Shown here in pieces: positions 19,504 through 28,965 of a stretch of 64,000 nt of DNA (the first letter of the stretch is position 1; every line of letters begins with the position of its first letter). This DNA comes from Gemmataceae bacterium. GTDB taxonomy: Bacteria > Planctomycetota > Planctomycetia > Gemmatales > Gemmataceae. The stretch spans positions 39,997 through 103,996 of the forward strand of contig JAHBXO010000011.1 of NCBI GenBank assembly GCA_019636445.1. Direction: 5' to 3'. Below the pieces are notes generated by a model, which was not told where the DNA came from, searched no databases, and worked only from the letters and a program-made list of their open reading frames with translations. Both the position numbers and the translations under genes were made by a program.

Positions 19504-20703
19504 CTAGAACGCGGATTGATACACGGTCAAAATTTCATCCCGCGTCGGATAGCGCGGATTCACACGCATGAGCCGGGAAATGGCGAATGCCTTGTCGGCG
19601 AAGCCTGGCAGCATGTCCGCGGTCACGCCGAGATCCCGCAATCGGGCCGGAATTCCGATGTCGGCGGCGAGCTTTTCGACCGCTTCGACGGCGGCATTCG
19701 CGAGGAACGTGCGATCGGCCGAGGCGGGCATATCGCCGAGGATGAAGGGGATCTTCACGAAGACCTCCTTCCGGGCGGCGAGATTGTAGCGCATGACGTG
19801 GGGCAGCAAGAGGCCGTTGCCGGCCCCATGCGACACGTGGACCGCACCGCCGACCGGGTACTCCATCGCGTGGACGAGCGCGACTCCGGCGTTCGAGAAC
19901 GCCAGCCCGCCGAGCGTCGCCGCGAGCGCCATCCCCTCGCGGGCTTCGAGGTCGTTGCCGTCCTTCACGGCGCGGCGAAGGAACTGGCCGACGAGTTCGA
20001 TGCACTTCGCCGCCATCAGGTCGGCCATCGGGTTCTTGCCCTGATAGACCGACGCGCCGCCGGGCCGCTTCAGAAACTCCGCATGGTCCACGGCCGTGAT
20101 CGCTTCGATGGCGTGGACGAGCGCGTCGATGCCGGAATCGGCCGTCACCTTCGGCGGGCAGGAGAGTGTCAACAACGGATCGACGATGGCGACCTTCGGC
20201 CGCAGATGCTGGCTCAGGCTGCTCACCTTGATCTTGTTAGCGGTATCGGTGAACACGGCCGCGGCCGAGACTTCGCTGCCCGTGCCGGCGGTCGTCGGTA
20301 CGCAGACGATCGGCGTCACCGGACCGGGGACGCGGGAATCTCCGGTGTAGTCGGTCGGTTCGCCGCCGTGGGCGAGCACGATGGCCACGAGCTTCGCGGC
20401 GTCCATGTTGCTGCCGCCGCCAAGGCCGAGCACCGCGTCCGGCCGGAACGGTTCCGCGGCCGCCCGCGCGTCCCGAATCACCTCCAGCGACGGTTCCGGT
20501 TCGCCGCCGTCGAAGATCTCCAGTTCGACGCCGGCCGCGAGAAGCGGCTGCTTGACCTTCTCGACGATGCCGGCCCGCGCCAGGATGCGATCCGTCACGA
20601 CGAACACGCGGCGCCAGTTCCAGGAGCGGGCGATGTCGCCAAGCTTCGCCACGGACTCGTTGCCGAAATGCAGCGCGCCGGCCGAATGGAAGTTCCAAAT
20701 CAT
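19504..20703 (-). CDS. Iron-containing alcohol dehydrogenase, hydroxyacid-oxoacid transhydrogenase-like
   Basis: GLGGGSNMD, PTTAGTGSEV, DALVHAIE, LVHAMEY, HGAGN; contains the SVYQGKNP insert seen in the HOT subgroup. Confidence 0.85.
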   Translation of the reverse strand: MIWNFHSAGALHFGNESVAKLGDIARSWNWRRVFVVTDRILARAGIVEKVKQPLLAAGVELEIFDGGEPEPSLEVIRDARAAAEPFRPDAVLGLGGGSNMDAAKLVAIVLAHGGEPTDYTGDSRVPGPVTPIVCVPTTAGTGSEVSAAAVFTDTANKIKVSSLSQHLRPKVAIVDPLLTLSCPPKVTADSGIDALVHAIEAITAVDHAEFLKRPGGASVYQGKNPMADLMAAKCIELVGQFLRRAVKDGNDLEAREGMALAATLGGLAFSNAGVALVHAMEYPVGGAVHVSHGAGNGLLLPHVMRYNLAARKEVFVKIPFILGDMPASADRTFLANAAVEAVEKLAADIGIPARLRDLGVTADMLPGFADKAFAISRLMRVNPRYPTRDEILTVYQSAF

Positions 20704-20708
20704 GGGAG

Positions 20709-20796
20709 AATTGCGGAATGCGGAGTTCGGATTTCGGAATGAAGATAAACTACACAGTGGTTTGAATTCCGCATTCCGAATTCCGCATTCCGCAAT
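20709..20796. repeat. Palindrome of heptamer tandem repeats (AATGCGG-like / CATTCCG-like)
   Basis: aattgcgg aatgcgg agttcgg atttcgg at 20709-20737 versus aattccg cattccg aattccg cattccg caat at 20765-20796. Confidence 0.75.
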
Positions 20797-20800
20797 CGTC

Positions 20801-21322
20801 ATGAAGATCGGCATCCTCACCATCTCGGACCGCGCCAGCCGCGGCGAGTACGAAGACAAGGGCGGCCCCGCGATCCTCGCGTGCCTGCGCGAGATGCTCG
20901 CGTGCGAATGGGAACCGGTGACGCGGATCATCCCGGACGAGTCGAACACCATCGAACTGAACTTGAAGGAACTGTGTGATGTCGAGGAATGCTGCCTCGT
21001 GGTGACGACGGGCGGCACCGGTCCGGCGCCGCGCGACGTGACACCCGAGGCGACGGAAGCCGTGTGCGAGAAGATGCTGCCCGGCTTCGGCGAACTAATG
21101 CGGCATGAATCGCTGAAAGTCGTGCCGACGGCGATTCTCTCGCGGCAGACGGCCGGCATTCGCGGGCAGTCGCTCATCGTCAACCTGCCTGGCAAGCCCT
21201 CGGCGATCCGCGATTGCCTGATGGCGGTGATGCCGGCGATCCCGTACTGCGTCGACCTGATCGGCGGGCCTTACCTGACGACGAACGAAATCGTCGTGAA
21301 GGCGTTTCGACCGAAGTCGTGA
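20801..21322 (+). CDS. mog: Molybdopterin adenylyltransferase
   Basis: MKIGILTISDRASRGEYED, TTGGTGPAPRDVTPEAT, LSRQTAG, NLPGKP. Confidence 0.95.
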   Translation: MKIGILTISDRASRGEYEDKGGPAILACLREMLACEWEPVTRIIPDESNTIELNLKELCDVEECCLVVTTGGTGPAPRDVTPEATEAVCEKMLPGFGELMRHESLKVVPTAILSRQTAGIRGQSLIVNLPGKPSAIRDCLMAVMPAIPYCVDLIGGPYLTTNEIVVKAFRPKS

Positions 21323-21324
21323 TT

Positions 21325-21455
21325 CCCTTTTGCATTTTGCATTTTGCATTGTTCCGATCATTTCTTGGCAACGATCGCGAACCGTTGCCGGAAAACGAAG
21401 TCCATTGATCGGACCAATTCAAAATTCAAAATGCAAAATGAAAAATGCAAAAGGG
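21325..21455. repeat. Palindrome of heptamer tandem repeats (TTTTGCA x3 / ATGCAAA-like x5) with nested inner stems
   Basis: ttttgca x3 at 21328-21348; attcaaa attcaaa atgcaaa atgaaaa atgcaaa at 21417-21451; inner pairs tccgatca/tgatcgga and ggcaacg/cgttgcc. Confidence 0.8.
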
Positions 21456-21504
21456 TCCGACCGCAATATATTCACTGCGATTCGGAATCGGAGGTGCCCC
21501 GCCG

Positions 21505-23058
21505 TTGAAGAAGCTCGCCATCGCGTTTCTCCTCCTCCTCTGCACATCCCTCCCCGCCCAGGACAAGAAACCGTTCCGCTGGGGAACCGACCCCACCGGC
21601 GGCGCGCCCTTCGTCTACCAGGACGACGACGGCAAATACATCGGCTTCGAAGTTGAACTCGCCGCTTATCTCGCGAAGAAACTCGACCGCGAACCGAAGA
21701 TGGTCGCCGGCGATTGGTCCAATCTTCCCCAGCAGCTCAACAAGTCGCCGGATGTCGAAGGCGGCATCGACGTCGTCCTGAACGGCTACGAACTCCAGGA
21801 AGACCTCGCCGGCAAGTACCTTCCGACGCGGCCGTACTACGTCTTCCGCGTCGTCCTCATGACCCGCAAGGACAATCCCGCCATCCGTGGCTGGAGCGAC
21901 CTTTACCAGCGCGGTGGAGAACGGAAGACCGTCGGCGTCCTCGGCGGCACCGTCGCGCAAGAATATCTCGAGAAGACATTCCAGAAACAGATCGAGCTTC
22001 TTTCGAATCCAGACGTGGCCAACGTCATCAAACTGGTCCGCGACAAGCGACTCGACGCCACCGTGCAGGACAGCCCGGCCGCAACGTACTTCCTCAAGGA
22101 ATACCCGGAGCTCGCCGCCGTCGGCGAACCGGTCCGCCCGGGGTTTTACGTCATCTACTGCCGCCAGGACGACAAGGAACTGGTGGCGAAACTCGACGCC
22201 GCCATCGCCGATGGCATCAAGGATGGCACGCTGCAGAAGATCTACGAGAAGTACGGACTTTGGACCGACGACCAGGAACGTCTTCTCTACTGGCAAAGCC
22301 AGCCGTGGCCGCCGCCCTTTCACCCGGAAGCCGAAGGGAAAGGTGAAGAAAAGAAGGACGCGCCCAGCCCGCTGCCGCGCCTTTCGCGCGAGCTGGCCGA
22401 GGCGGCGTGGGTGACCATCAAGCTCTCGTTCCTGTCGTTCCCGATCGCGATGGCCATCGGCCTCGCCGTCGGCGTCGGCCGCGTCTACGGACCGCGCTGG
22501 GTGCGTGTCCCCTTCACGCTATACGTCGAAGTGATCCGAGGGACTCCGCTGCTCCTCCAGTTGTTCATCATCTATTACCTGATCCCCGATCTTCTGGCGC
22601 GTTCGGGTATCGGCTTCCTCGGCGATCTCGGTCGCGCGCTCACGCCCATGGTGGCCGGAGTACTCGGCCTCGCCATCAACTACTCCGCCTACGAAGCCGA
22701 GAACTACCGCGCCGGCTTGCTCGCCATACCGAAAGGCCAGATGGAAGCCGCGCAGGCGCTCGGGATGTCCCGCTTCGCCGCCATCTGGCACGTCATCGTC
22801 CCGCAGGCGATCCGCATCGTGATCCCGCCGGTGACGAACGACTTCATCGCCTTGTTCAAAGACACCTCCGCCTGCTCCATCATTCTCGTGGTGGAACTGA
22901 CGCGAAAGTACAACGAGCTGTTCAACTTCAACCGGAATCTGATCGTCGAACTCGCGTTCCTGACGGCCGGGCTGTACCTGCTGATGAGCTATCCGCTTTC
23001 GATCGTCGCCCGCCGGCTCGAACACCGCCTCGCCAGCCTGAAAGGCGGTGCGGCATGA
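21505..23058 (+). CDS. Polar amino acid ABC transporter, fused substrate-binding and permease domains
   Basis: SBP_bac_3 features (IGFEVELA, LNGYE) followed by permease motifs RGTPLLLQLF, YSAYEAE, KGQMEAAQALG, KDTS; TTG 21505 after GGAGGT. Confidence 0.9.
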   Translation: MKKLAIAFLLLLCTSLPAQDKKPFRWGTDPTGGAPFVYQDDDGKYIGFEVELAAYLAKKLDREPKMVAGDWSNLPQQLNKSPDVEGGIDVVLNGYELQEDLAGKYLPTRPYYVFRVVLMTRKDNPAIRGWSDLYQRGGERKTVGVLGGTVAQEYLEKTFQKQIELLSNPDVANVIKLVRDKRLDATVQDSPAATYFLKEYPELAAVGEPVRPGFYVIYCRQDDKELVAKLDAAIADGIKDGTLQKIYEKYGLWTDDQERLLYWQSQPWPPPFHPEAEGKGEEKKDAPSPLPRLSRELAEAAWVTIKLSFLSFPIAMAIGLAVGVGRVYGPRWVRVPFTLYVEVIRGTPLLLQLFIIYYLIPDLLARSGIGFLGDLGRALTPMVAGVLGLAINYSAYEAENYRAGLLAIPKGQMEAAQALGMSRFAAIWHVIVPQAIRIVIPPVTNDFIALFKDTSACSIILVVELTRKYNELFNFNRNLIVELAFLTAGLYLLMSYPLSIVARRLEHRLASLKGGAA

Positions 23059-23750
23059 TCTCCGTCACCAGCCTCACGAAGTTCCATGGCACGCACCGCA
23101 TCCTAAACGCCGTTTCGCTCACGGTGAACAAGGGCGAAGTCACCGCCCTCGTCGGGCCGTCCGGCGGCGGGAAGAGCACCCTGCTCCGCTGTATCAACGG
23201 CCTCGAGACGTTCCAGTCCGGCGAAGTCGACGTCGTCGGCCAGAAGCTCGCCGGCGGAAAACCATTCGATCCGAAGTCGCTTCAGAAACTGCGTCAGAAG
23301 GTCGGCATGGTCTTCCAGCAGTTTCACCTGTTCCCGCACATGACGGCTCTTGAGAACGTCATGAGCGGCCCACGCTACGCTCTGGGGAAGAGCCGCGCCG
23401 AGGCGGAGCCGCTGGCGCGGAAACTCCTCGAACGGGTCGGGTTGAAGGAGAAGGCCGATTCGAAACCGGCGAATCTCTCCGGCGGCCAGCAACAACGGGT
23501 TGCGATCGCCCGCACTCTTGCGGTTCAACCGGTGGCGATCCTCTTCGACGAACCGACGAGCGCCCTGGACCCCGCGATGGCGACGGAAGTCCTCGCCGTG
23601 ATGCGGGACCTCGCCGCCGAGGGGCAGACGATGATCGTCGTCACGCACGACATGGACTTCGCCGAGCGCGCCACCGTCGTGCACCGGATGAAGGCCGGCG
23701 AAATCGTGAAATCCGGCCCGCCCAACGAAGTCTTGAAGGACCACTCATGA
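23055..23750 (+). CDS. Polar amino acid ABC transporter ATPase (GlnQ-like)
   Basis: GPSGGGKS, LSGGQQQR, FDEPTSALD, VTH; ATGA overlap with the permease gene. Confidence 0.92.
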   Translation: MISVTSLTKFHGTHRILNAVSLTVNKGEVTALVGPSGGGKSTLLRCINGLETFQSGEVDVVGQKLAGGKPFDPKSLQKLRQKVGMVFQQFHLFPHMTALENVMSGPRYALGKSRAEAEPLARKLLERVGLKEKADSKPANLSGGQQQRVAIARTLAVQPVAILFDEPTSALDPAMATEVLAVMRDLAAEGQTMIVVTHDMDFAERATVVHRMKAGEIVKSGPPNEVLKDHS

Positions 23751-24607
23751 GCACCCAACTGATCCGCGTCGGCCACTCTCCGGACCCGGACGACGCCTTC
23801 ATGTTCCACGCCCTTGCGAACGACAAGATCCCGACGGGGAACCTGCGGTTCACCCACGAACTGCAGGACATCGAGACGCTCAACCGCCGGGCGCTCAAGG
23901 GCGAACTCGAAGTGACGGCCGTGAGCATTCACGCGCTGTCGAAGCTGTTGGACAAGTACGCCCTGCTGCCCAGCGGGTGCAGCATGGGGGACAAGTACGG
24001 CCCGATGGTCGTGGCGAAAAAGGCGATCGCGCTCGCCGATCTGCCGACTACCCGGATCGCGGTGCCGGGCACGATGACCACTGCGTTCCTAGCTTTGAAT
24101 CTGCTGCTCGAAGATCTGAAGCCGGGGTCGTCGAAGACGTTGCAGTACGAAGTCGTGCCGTTCGATCAGATTCTCGATCACGTCGCGGCCGGGAAGGCCG
24201 AAGCGGGGTTGATCATTCACGAAGGCCAGCTCACGTTCCAGAATCAGGGGCTTCAACTGGTCGTCGATCTCGGCGTCTGGTGGCAGGAGAAGACGGGTCT
24301 GCCGCTGCCGCTCGGTGGGAACGTCGTCCGCCGCGACCTCGGCGACACGACGATTCGCGAGATCAGCCGGCTGTTGAAGGAGTCCATTCAATATGGGCTG
24401 AATCACCGCAAAGAAGCCCTTGGCCACGCCCTGAATTACGCCCGCGACATGGACGTGAACCTCGCCGACAAGTTTGTCGGGATGTACGTCAATGACTGGA
24501 CGCTGGACTACGGCCCCCGCGGCCGCGAAGCCGTGCGACGATTGCTGGCCGAAGGGCACAAGGCCGGGCTGATACCGAACCCCGTGGACGTGCAATTCGT
24601 GGAGTGA
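23747..24607 (+). CDS. mqnD: 1,4-dihydroxy-6-naphthoate synthase (futalosine menaquinone pathway)
   Basis: GHSPDPDDAFMFHAL, DIETLN, GDKYGP, IHEGQLT, LPLPLGG, MYVN. Confidence 0.85.
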   Translation: MSTQLIRVGHSPDPDDAFMFHALANDKIPTGNLRFTHELQDIETLNRRALKGELEVTAVSIHALSKLLDKYALLPSGCSMGDKYGPMVVAKKAIALADLPTTRIAVPGTMTTAFLALNLLLEDLKPGSSKTLQYEVVPFDQILDHVAAGKAEAGLIIHEGQLTFQNQGLQLVVDLGVWWQEKTGLPLPLGGNVVRRDLGDTTIREISRLLKESIQYGLNHRKEALGHALNYARDMDVNLADKFVGMYVNDWTLDYGPRGREAVRRLLAEGHKAGLIPNPVDVQFVE

Positions 24608-26208
24608 GCAAAATGATCCGTTCGACGATCGCGATCGTCTTGGCCGGGCTGTGCGCGACCGTGGCATCGGCCGCGCCCGCCAAGCCGAACGTCCTGCTCA
24701 TTCTTGCGGACGACCTCGGATTCTCCGACCTCAGCTGCTACGGCGGCGAGATTGAAACACCGAACCTCGACGCCCTCGCGAACAACGGACTGCGTTTCAC
24801 ACAAGCGTACAACACGGCCCGTTGTTGGCCGACGCGCGCGGCCATCCTCACCGGCTACTACTCCCAGCAGACCCGCCGCGACGCCGTGCCGGGAATCGTG
24901 AGTGGCGCCCGCGGCACGCGCCCCGACTGGGCCAAACTGCTGCCGGACCTGCTCAGGGCCCACGGCTACCGCTCCTACCACTCCGGCAAGTGGCACATCG
25001 ACGGGTTGCCGCTCGGCAACGGCTTCGAGCGATCTTACAGCCTCAATGACCACGACCGCCACTTCGCTCCCAAGAACCATACCCTCGACGACAAAAAGCT
25101 CCCCGCCACCGATCCGAAGGCTGGCTACTACTCCAGCACGGCGATCGCGAACTACGCCATCGAACAGTTGAAGGGACATTTCACCGATCATTCCGCCAAA
25201 CCGTTCTTCAGCTTCGTCGCCTTCACCGCCCCGCACTTTCCCGTGCAGGCACCGGCCGAGGACGTAGCCAAGTACCGCAAGCGCTACCTCGCCGGGTGGG
25301 ACGCCCTCCGGGACGCTCGCTGGAAGCGCCAGGGCGAACTGCAACTGGGCAAGTCGCTGTCTCCAATCGAGCGTGACCTCGGCCCACCCTACGCTTTCCC
25401 TGATGCCATCAAGAAGTTGGGGCCGAACGAAGTGAACCGCCCACTGGCGTGGGAGTCGCTCACGGCCAAACAAAAGGCGTTCCAGGCGGACAAGATGGCG
25501 GTCCACGCCGCAATGGTCGACCGGATGGACCGCGAGATCGGGCGCATCCTCGACACATTGAAGGCCGCGAAGGCGTTCGAGGACACGCTCGTCGTCTTCC
25601 TGTCGGACAACGGCGCGAGCGCCGAGATGATGGTCCGCGGCGACGGGCACGACCCGCATGCCGAGTGTGGCACCGGGGCAACATTCCTGAGCATCGGGCC
25701 GGGCTGGTCGAGTCTGTGCAACACGCCGTTCCGTCGGCACAAGACGTGGGTGCACGAGGGTGGCATCCACACGCCGTTCGTCGCGCACTGGCCGAAGGGG
25801 ATCGCGGCGAAAGGCGAATTGCGCACCACACCGGTGCACGTCGTGGACTTCGTGCCAACGGTGCTGGAACTGGCGGCGGGCAAGGCCGAGCCGGGTGCCG
25901 GCGCACCGGCGTTCGCCGGCCGCAGCCTCGCGCCGGCATTCGCGAAGGATGTCCCTGTCTCGCGGCCGTCGCTCTGGTGGCAGCACGAAGGGAACCGCGC
26001 CTATCGCGTCGGCGATTGGAAGATCGTCGCGGCTGGGAAGGACGCCCCCTGGGAACTGTACGACATGAAGGTCGATCCGACGGAGACGACGAACCTCGCC
26101 GAAAAGCAACCGGAGAAGACCAAGGAACTCGCAGCCGCGTGGCAGAAAGAGACGGACGCGATCGTCTCGCTCGCGAAGAAGGGCGCCCCGGCGACGCCCA
26201 AGAAGTAA
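24604..26208 (+). CDS. Arylsulfatase (Cys-type)
   Basis: [23 protein letters not shown] formylglycine motif, GKWH, SDNG, WELYD; signal peptide. Confidence 0.92.
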   Translation: MSKMIRSTIAIVLAGLCATVASAAPAKPNVLLILADDLGFSDLSCYGGEIETPNLDALANNGLRFTQAYNTARCWPTRAAILTGYYSQQTRRDAVPGIVSGARGTRPDWAKLLPDLLRAHGYRSYHSGKWHIDGLPLGNGFERSYSLNDHDRHFAPKNHTLDDKKLPATDPKAGYYSSTAIANYAIEQLKGHFTDHSAKPFFSFVAFTAPHFPVQAPAEDVAKYRKRYLAGWDALRDARWKRQGELQLGKSLSPIERDLGPPYAFPDAIKKLGPNEVNRPLAWESLTAKQKAFQADKMAVHAAMVDRMDREIGRILDTLKAAKAFEDTLVVFLSDNGASAEMMVRGDGHDPHAECGTGATFLSIGPGWSSLCNTPFRRHKTWVHEGGIHTPFVAHWPKGIAAKGELRTTPVHVVDFVPTVLELAAGKAEPGAGAPAFAGRSLAPAFAKDVPVSRPSLWWQHEGNRAYRVGDWKIVAAGKDAPWELYDMKVDPTETTNLAEKQPEKTKELAAAWQKETDAIVSLAKKGAPATPKK

Positions 26209-26224
26209 TCCCTATTCTGTCGGC

Positions 26225-27052
26225 ATGATCCCGCGCAAAGAAATCCTCGCCCGTCTCCGCGCCCAGGTCCTCGCCGGCAAGCCGATCATCGGCGGCGGCG
26301 CCGGCACCGGCCTCTCCGCCAAGTGCGGCGAACTCGGCGGTCTCGACCTCATCATCATCTACAACTCCGGTCGGTTCCGTATGGCCGGACGCGGATCCCT
26401 CTCCGGCATGATGCCCTATGGGGACGCCAACCAGATCGTCATGGACATGGCGCGGGAAGTTCTGCCGATCGTGCAGGATACGCCCGTCCTCGCCGGGGTC
26501 TGCGGCACCGACCCGTTCCGCATCATGAAGCGCTTCTTGCTGGACGTTCGCGACGCCGGGTTCAGCGGCGTGCAGAACTTCCCGACCGTCGGTCTGATTG
26601 ACGGTCAGTTCCGTCAGAACCTCGAAGAAACGGGCATGGGATTCGACCTCGAAGTCGAGATGATCGCCGCGGCACACGAATTGGACCTGCTCACCTGCCC
26701 GTACGTCTTCAACGAGCGGGAGGCGGAGCAGATGGCGGCCGCCGGCGCGGACGTGCTCATCCCGCACATGGGGCTGACGACGAAAGGGACGATCGGCGCG
26801 AAAACCGCCCTGACATTGGAGGAAAGCGCGAAGCGCGTGCAGGCAATGGCGGACGCGGCCAAGGCGGTCAACCCGGAGATTTTCGTCCTCTGCCACGGCG
26901 GACCGATCTCGGAGCCGGAGGATGTGAAGGTCATCCTTTCGCGAACCCAGGGCATCGTCGGGTTTTTCGGAGCCAGTTCGATCGAGCGCCTGCCGACGGA
27001 GGTCGCCATACGCGATTGCGTGAAGTCCTTTAAGCATCTTTCTCTGGTTTGA
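26225..27052 (+). CDS. PEP hydrolase-like TIM-barrel signal transduction protein
   Basis: [50 protein letters not shown]. Confidence 0.85.
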   Translation: MIPRKEILARLRAQVLAGKPIIGGGAGTGLSAKCGELGGLDLIIIYNSGRFRMAGRGSLSGMMPYGDANQIVMDMAREVLPIVQDTPVLAGVCGTDPFRIMKRFLLDVRDAGFSGVQNFPTVGLIDGQFRQNLEETGMGFDLEVEMIAAAHELDLLTCPYVFNEREAEQMAAAGADVLIPHMGLTTKGTIGAKTALTLEESAKRVQAMADAAKAVNPEIFVLCHGGPISEPEDVKVILSRTQGIVGFFGASSIERLPTEVAIRDCVKSFKHLSLV

Positions 27053-27235
27053 GCTTTTTTTGCGTTGTGATTTTGCCGGATCGCCACAACCGCCACAATC
27101 GGCACGCTACTTGCTGCAACTCTTACCGATAGCGCGATTGCCGCGCAAGTCCGCGCCGGCTATAAATTAGTGAGATCGAGTGGCCGACCGGATACCCCGC
27201 ACGGAAGCGCGCCCGAAGATTGACGAGGGCGTTAC

Positions 27236-27841
27236 ATGCTCACCGTCGGAGCGTACCGGTTCAAACCGGCCGAATCGCCCGCCGAGTTGGAGCAAGTCCA
27301 TCGCCTGAATTACCGGACGTTCGTGCGGGAAATCCCGCAACACGACGATCCCGGCACCGGCCAGCTCGTCGACTCCTACCACGAAAAAAACCAGTACCTG
27401 ATTTGCCTCAAGGATGGCGAATTGGTCGGCATGGTGTCGTGGAACGATCGACCGCCCTTCTCGGTGGAGAAGCGGCTGCCGGATCGGCAGGTTCTGGCGA
27501 CCGAGGGTGTCAAACCGGTGGAAATCCGGCTCCTCGCCGTCGTTCCGGAGGAACGGTCCTCCCCGGTCATGGCGGGGTTGGTTTGGAGTCTGTATCAAGC
27601 GTCCGCCTCGCACGGCTGGACGCACTTCGTGATCTCGGGCGTGGTGGAGCAGTTGGATCTGTACCGCCATCTGGGGTTCGAGGAATTGGGTCCCCCCGTA
27701 GGCACGGGACGGGCGAGTTTCGTCCCAATGTGGCTGCCGGTCGACAAGCTGGAACGGACCATGCGGCGGCCGATGGAATTATGGCAAAAGCGATTGGACC
27801 GCCAGCGGACGCGTGGTCCATCTTCGGAGGCCTGGAGTTGA
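27236..27841 (+). CDS. GNAT-fold acyltransferase (FeeM/LuxI-like)
   Basis: RLNYRTFVREIPQH, EIRLLAV, VISG, LYRHLGF; stop overlaps the next ATG (TGATG). Confidence 0.7.
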   Translation: MLTVGAYRFKPAESPAELEQVHRLNYRTFVREIPQHDDPGTGQLVDSYHEKNQYLICLKDGELVGMVSWNDRPPFSVEKRLPDRQVLATEGVKPVEIRLLAVVPEERSSPVMAGLVWSLYQASASHGWTHFVISGVVEQLDLYRHLGFEELGPPVGTGRASFVPMWLPVDKLERTMRRPMELWQKRLDRQRTRGPSSEAWS

Positions 27842-28965
27842 TGATTCGCACTGCAAAGCCCCCCAAGGCCGCACTGCGGGCCGTGCATGCCGACTGGCCC
27901 CGCGCGGATGCGCCGCGCGGAACCGTCTGCCTCCTGCCCGGCCCGGTGGCCATCGCCCCGCGCGTCACGGCCGCGTTCCACGAACCGCTGGTCTATCACC
28001 GGTCCGAGGAATTCGTGCCCCTCTTCGAGGGAGTGCGCGCCAAACTCTCCAGTCTGGTCGGCGGCAAACCGGTCGGCATGTTCATCGGCAGCGGAACGCT
28101 CGCCAACGACGCCGTCGCCGCCACCCTCGCGGCCGATCCGGCGCGCGATAACGGCCTGATTCTCACCGCCGGTGAATTCGGCGATCGGCTCCTTCGCCAA
28201 GCCAACAACTGGAAACTGTCCCCGAAGGTCCTCACCTGGAACTGGGGCCGCGCCTGGCAACTCGACGAAGTCGAAGCCGCCATGCGCGTCATGCCCGCCG
28301 GCGGTTGGGTCTGGGGTGCCCACCACGAAACCAGCACGGGCGTCCTCAACGACCTTCCCGGCCTCGTCCGGATCGCCCGCAAGTACGGTCACCGCGTCTG
28401 CGTCGATTGCGTCAGTAGCCTCGCCACCGTGCCCGTCGACCTCGACGGCGTCTACCTCGCCACCGGTGCCAGCGGCAAAGCGATCGGAAGCTACGCCGGC
28501 GTTGCCTTCGTCTTCGCCAACCCCGCCGATCTCGCCCACCTCGAAACCACCCGTATCCCGACCTACCTCGATGTCGCCGCGACCGTCTCGACCGTCGGAC
28601 CACGCTTCACGGCCCCGTCGCCGATGATCAAGGCACTCGACGTGGCGCTTGACACCCTCAGTACGCCCGAACGCCGTGCGGCCCGCTACAAGCAAATCGC
28701 CGAACTCGGCGGATACGTTCGATCCCGGCTCCGCGACGCCGGTTATGTTCCGCTCGCGCCGGACGCGGTCGCCAGCCCGGCGATCGTCACGTTCGCACCG
28801 CCCGGTGAAGTCTCGAGCGCGGCGTTCGTCTCGATGTGCGGTGCCTGGGGCTACCAGATCGCCGGGCAGAGCGGCTATCTCGCGGAACGTCGGCTTGTTC
28901 AATTGGCCGTCATGGGCCACGTGACCCGCGCGGATCTGGAGCCATTGCTCGATCGACTTGGATAA
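27841..28965 (+). CDS. Class V PLP-dependent enzyme (AGAT/PhnW-like fold)
   Basis: LLPGPV, HRSEEF, GSGTLAND, GEFGDR, HHETSTGVLND, VDCVSS, SGKAIGS (PLP Lys); GGAG before ATG 27841. Confidence 0.85.
   Translation: MIRTAKPPKAALRAVHADWPRADAPRGTVCLLPGPVAIAPRVTAAFHEPLVYHRSEEFVPLFEGVRAKLSSLVGGKPVGMFIGSGTLANDAVAATLAADPARDNGLILTAGEFGDRLLRQANNWKLSPKVLTWNWGRAWQLDEVEAAMRVMPAGGWVWGAHHETSTGVLNDLPGLVRIARKYGHRVCVDCVSSLATVPVDLDGVYLATGASGKAIGSYAGVAFVFANPADLAHLETTRIPTYLDVAATVSTVGPRFTAPSPMIKALDVALDTLSTPERRAARYKQIAELGGYVRSRLRDAGYVPLAPDAVASPAIVTFAPPGEVSSAAFVSMCGAWGYQIAGQSGYLAERRLVQLAVMGHVTRADLEPLLDRLG

Noticed and set aside
27220-27840. N-terminal extension of the 581-aa ORF as part of the PLP enzyme
   Set aside because: The extension is not protein-like and overlaps the GNAT in another frame; an RBS supports ATG 27841.
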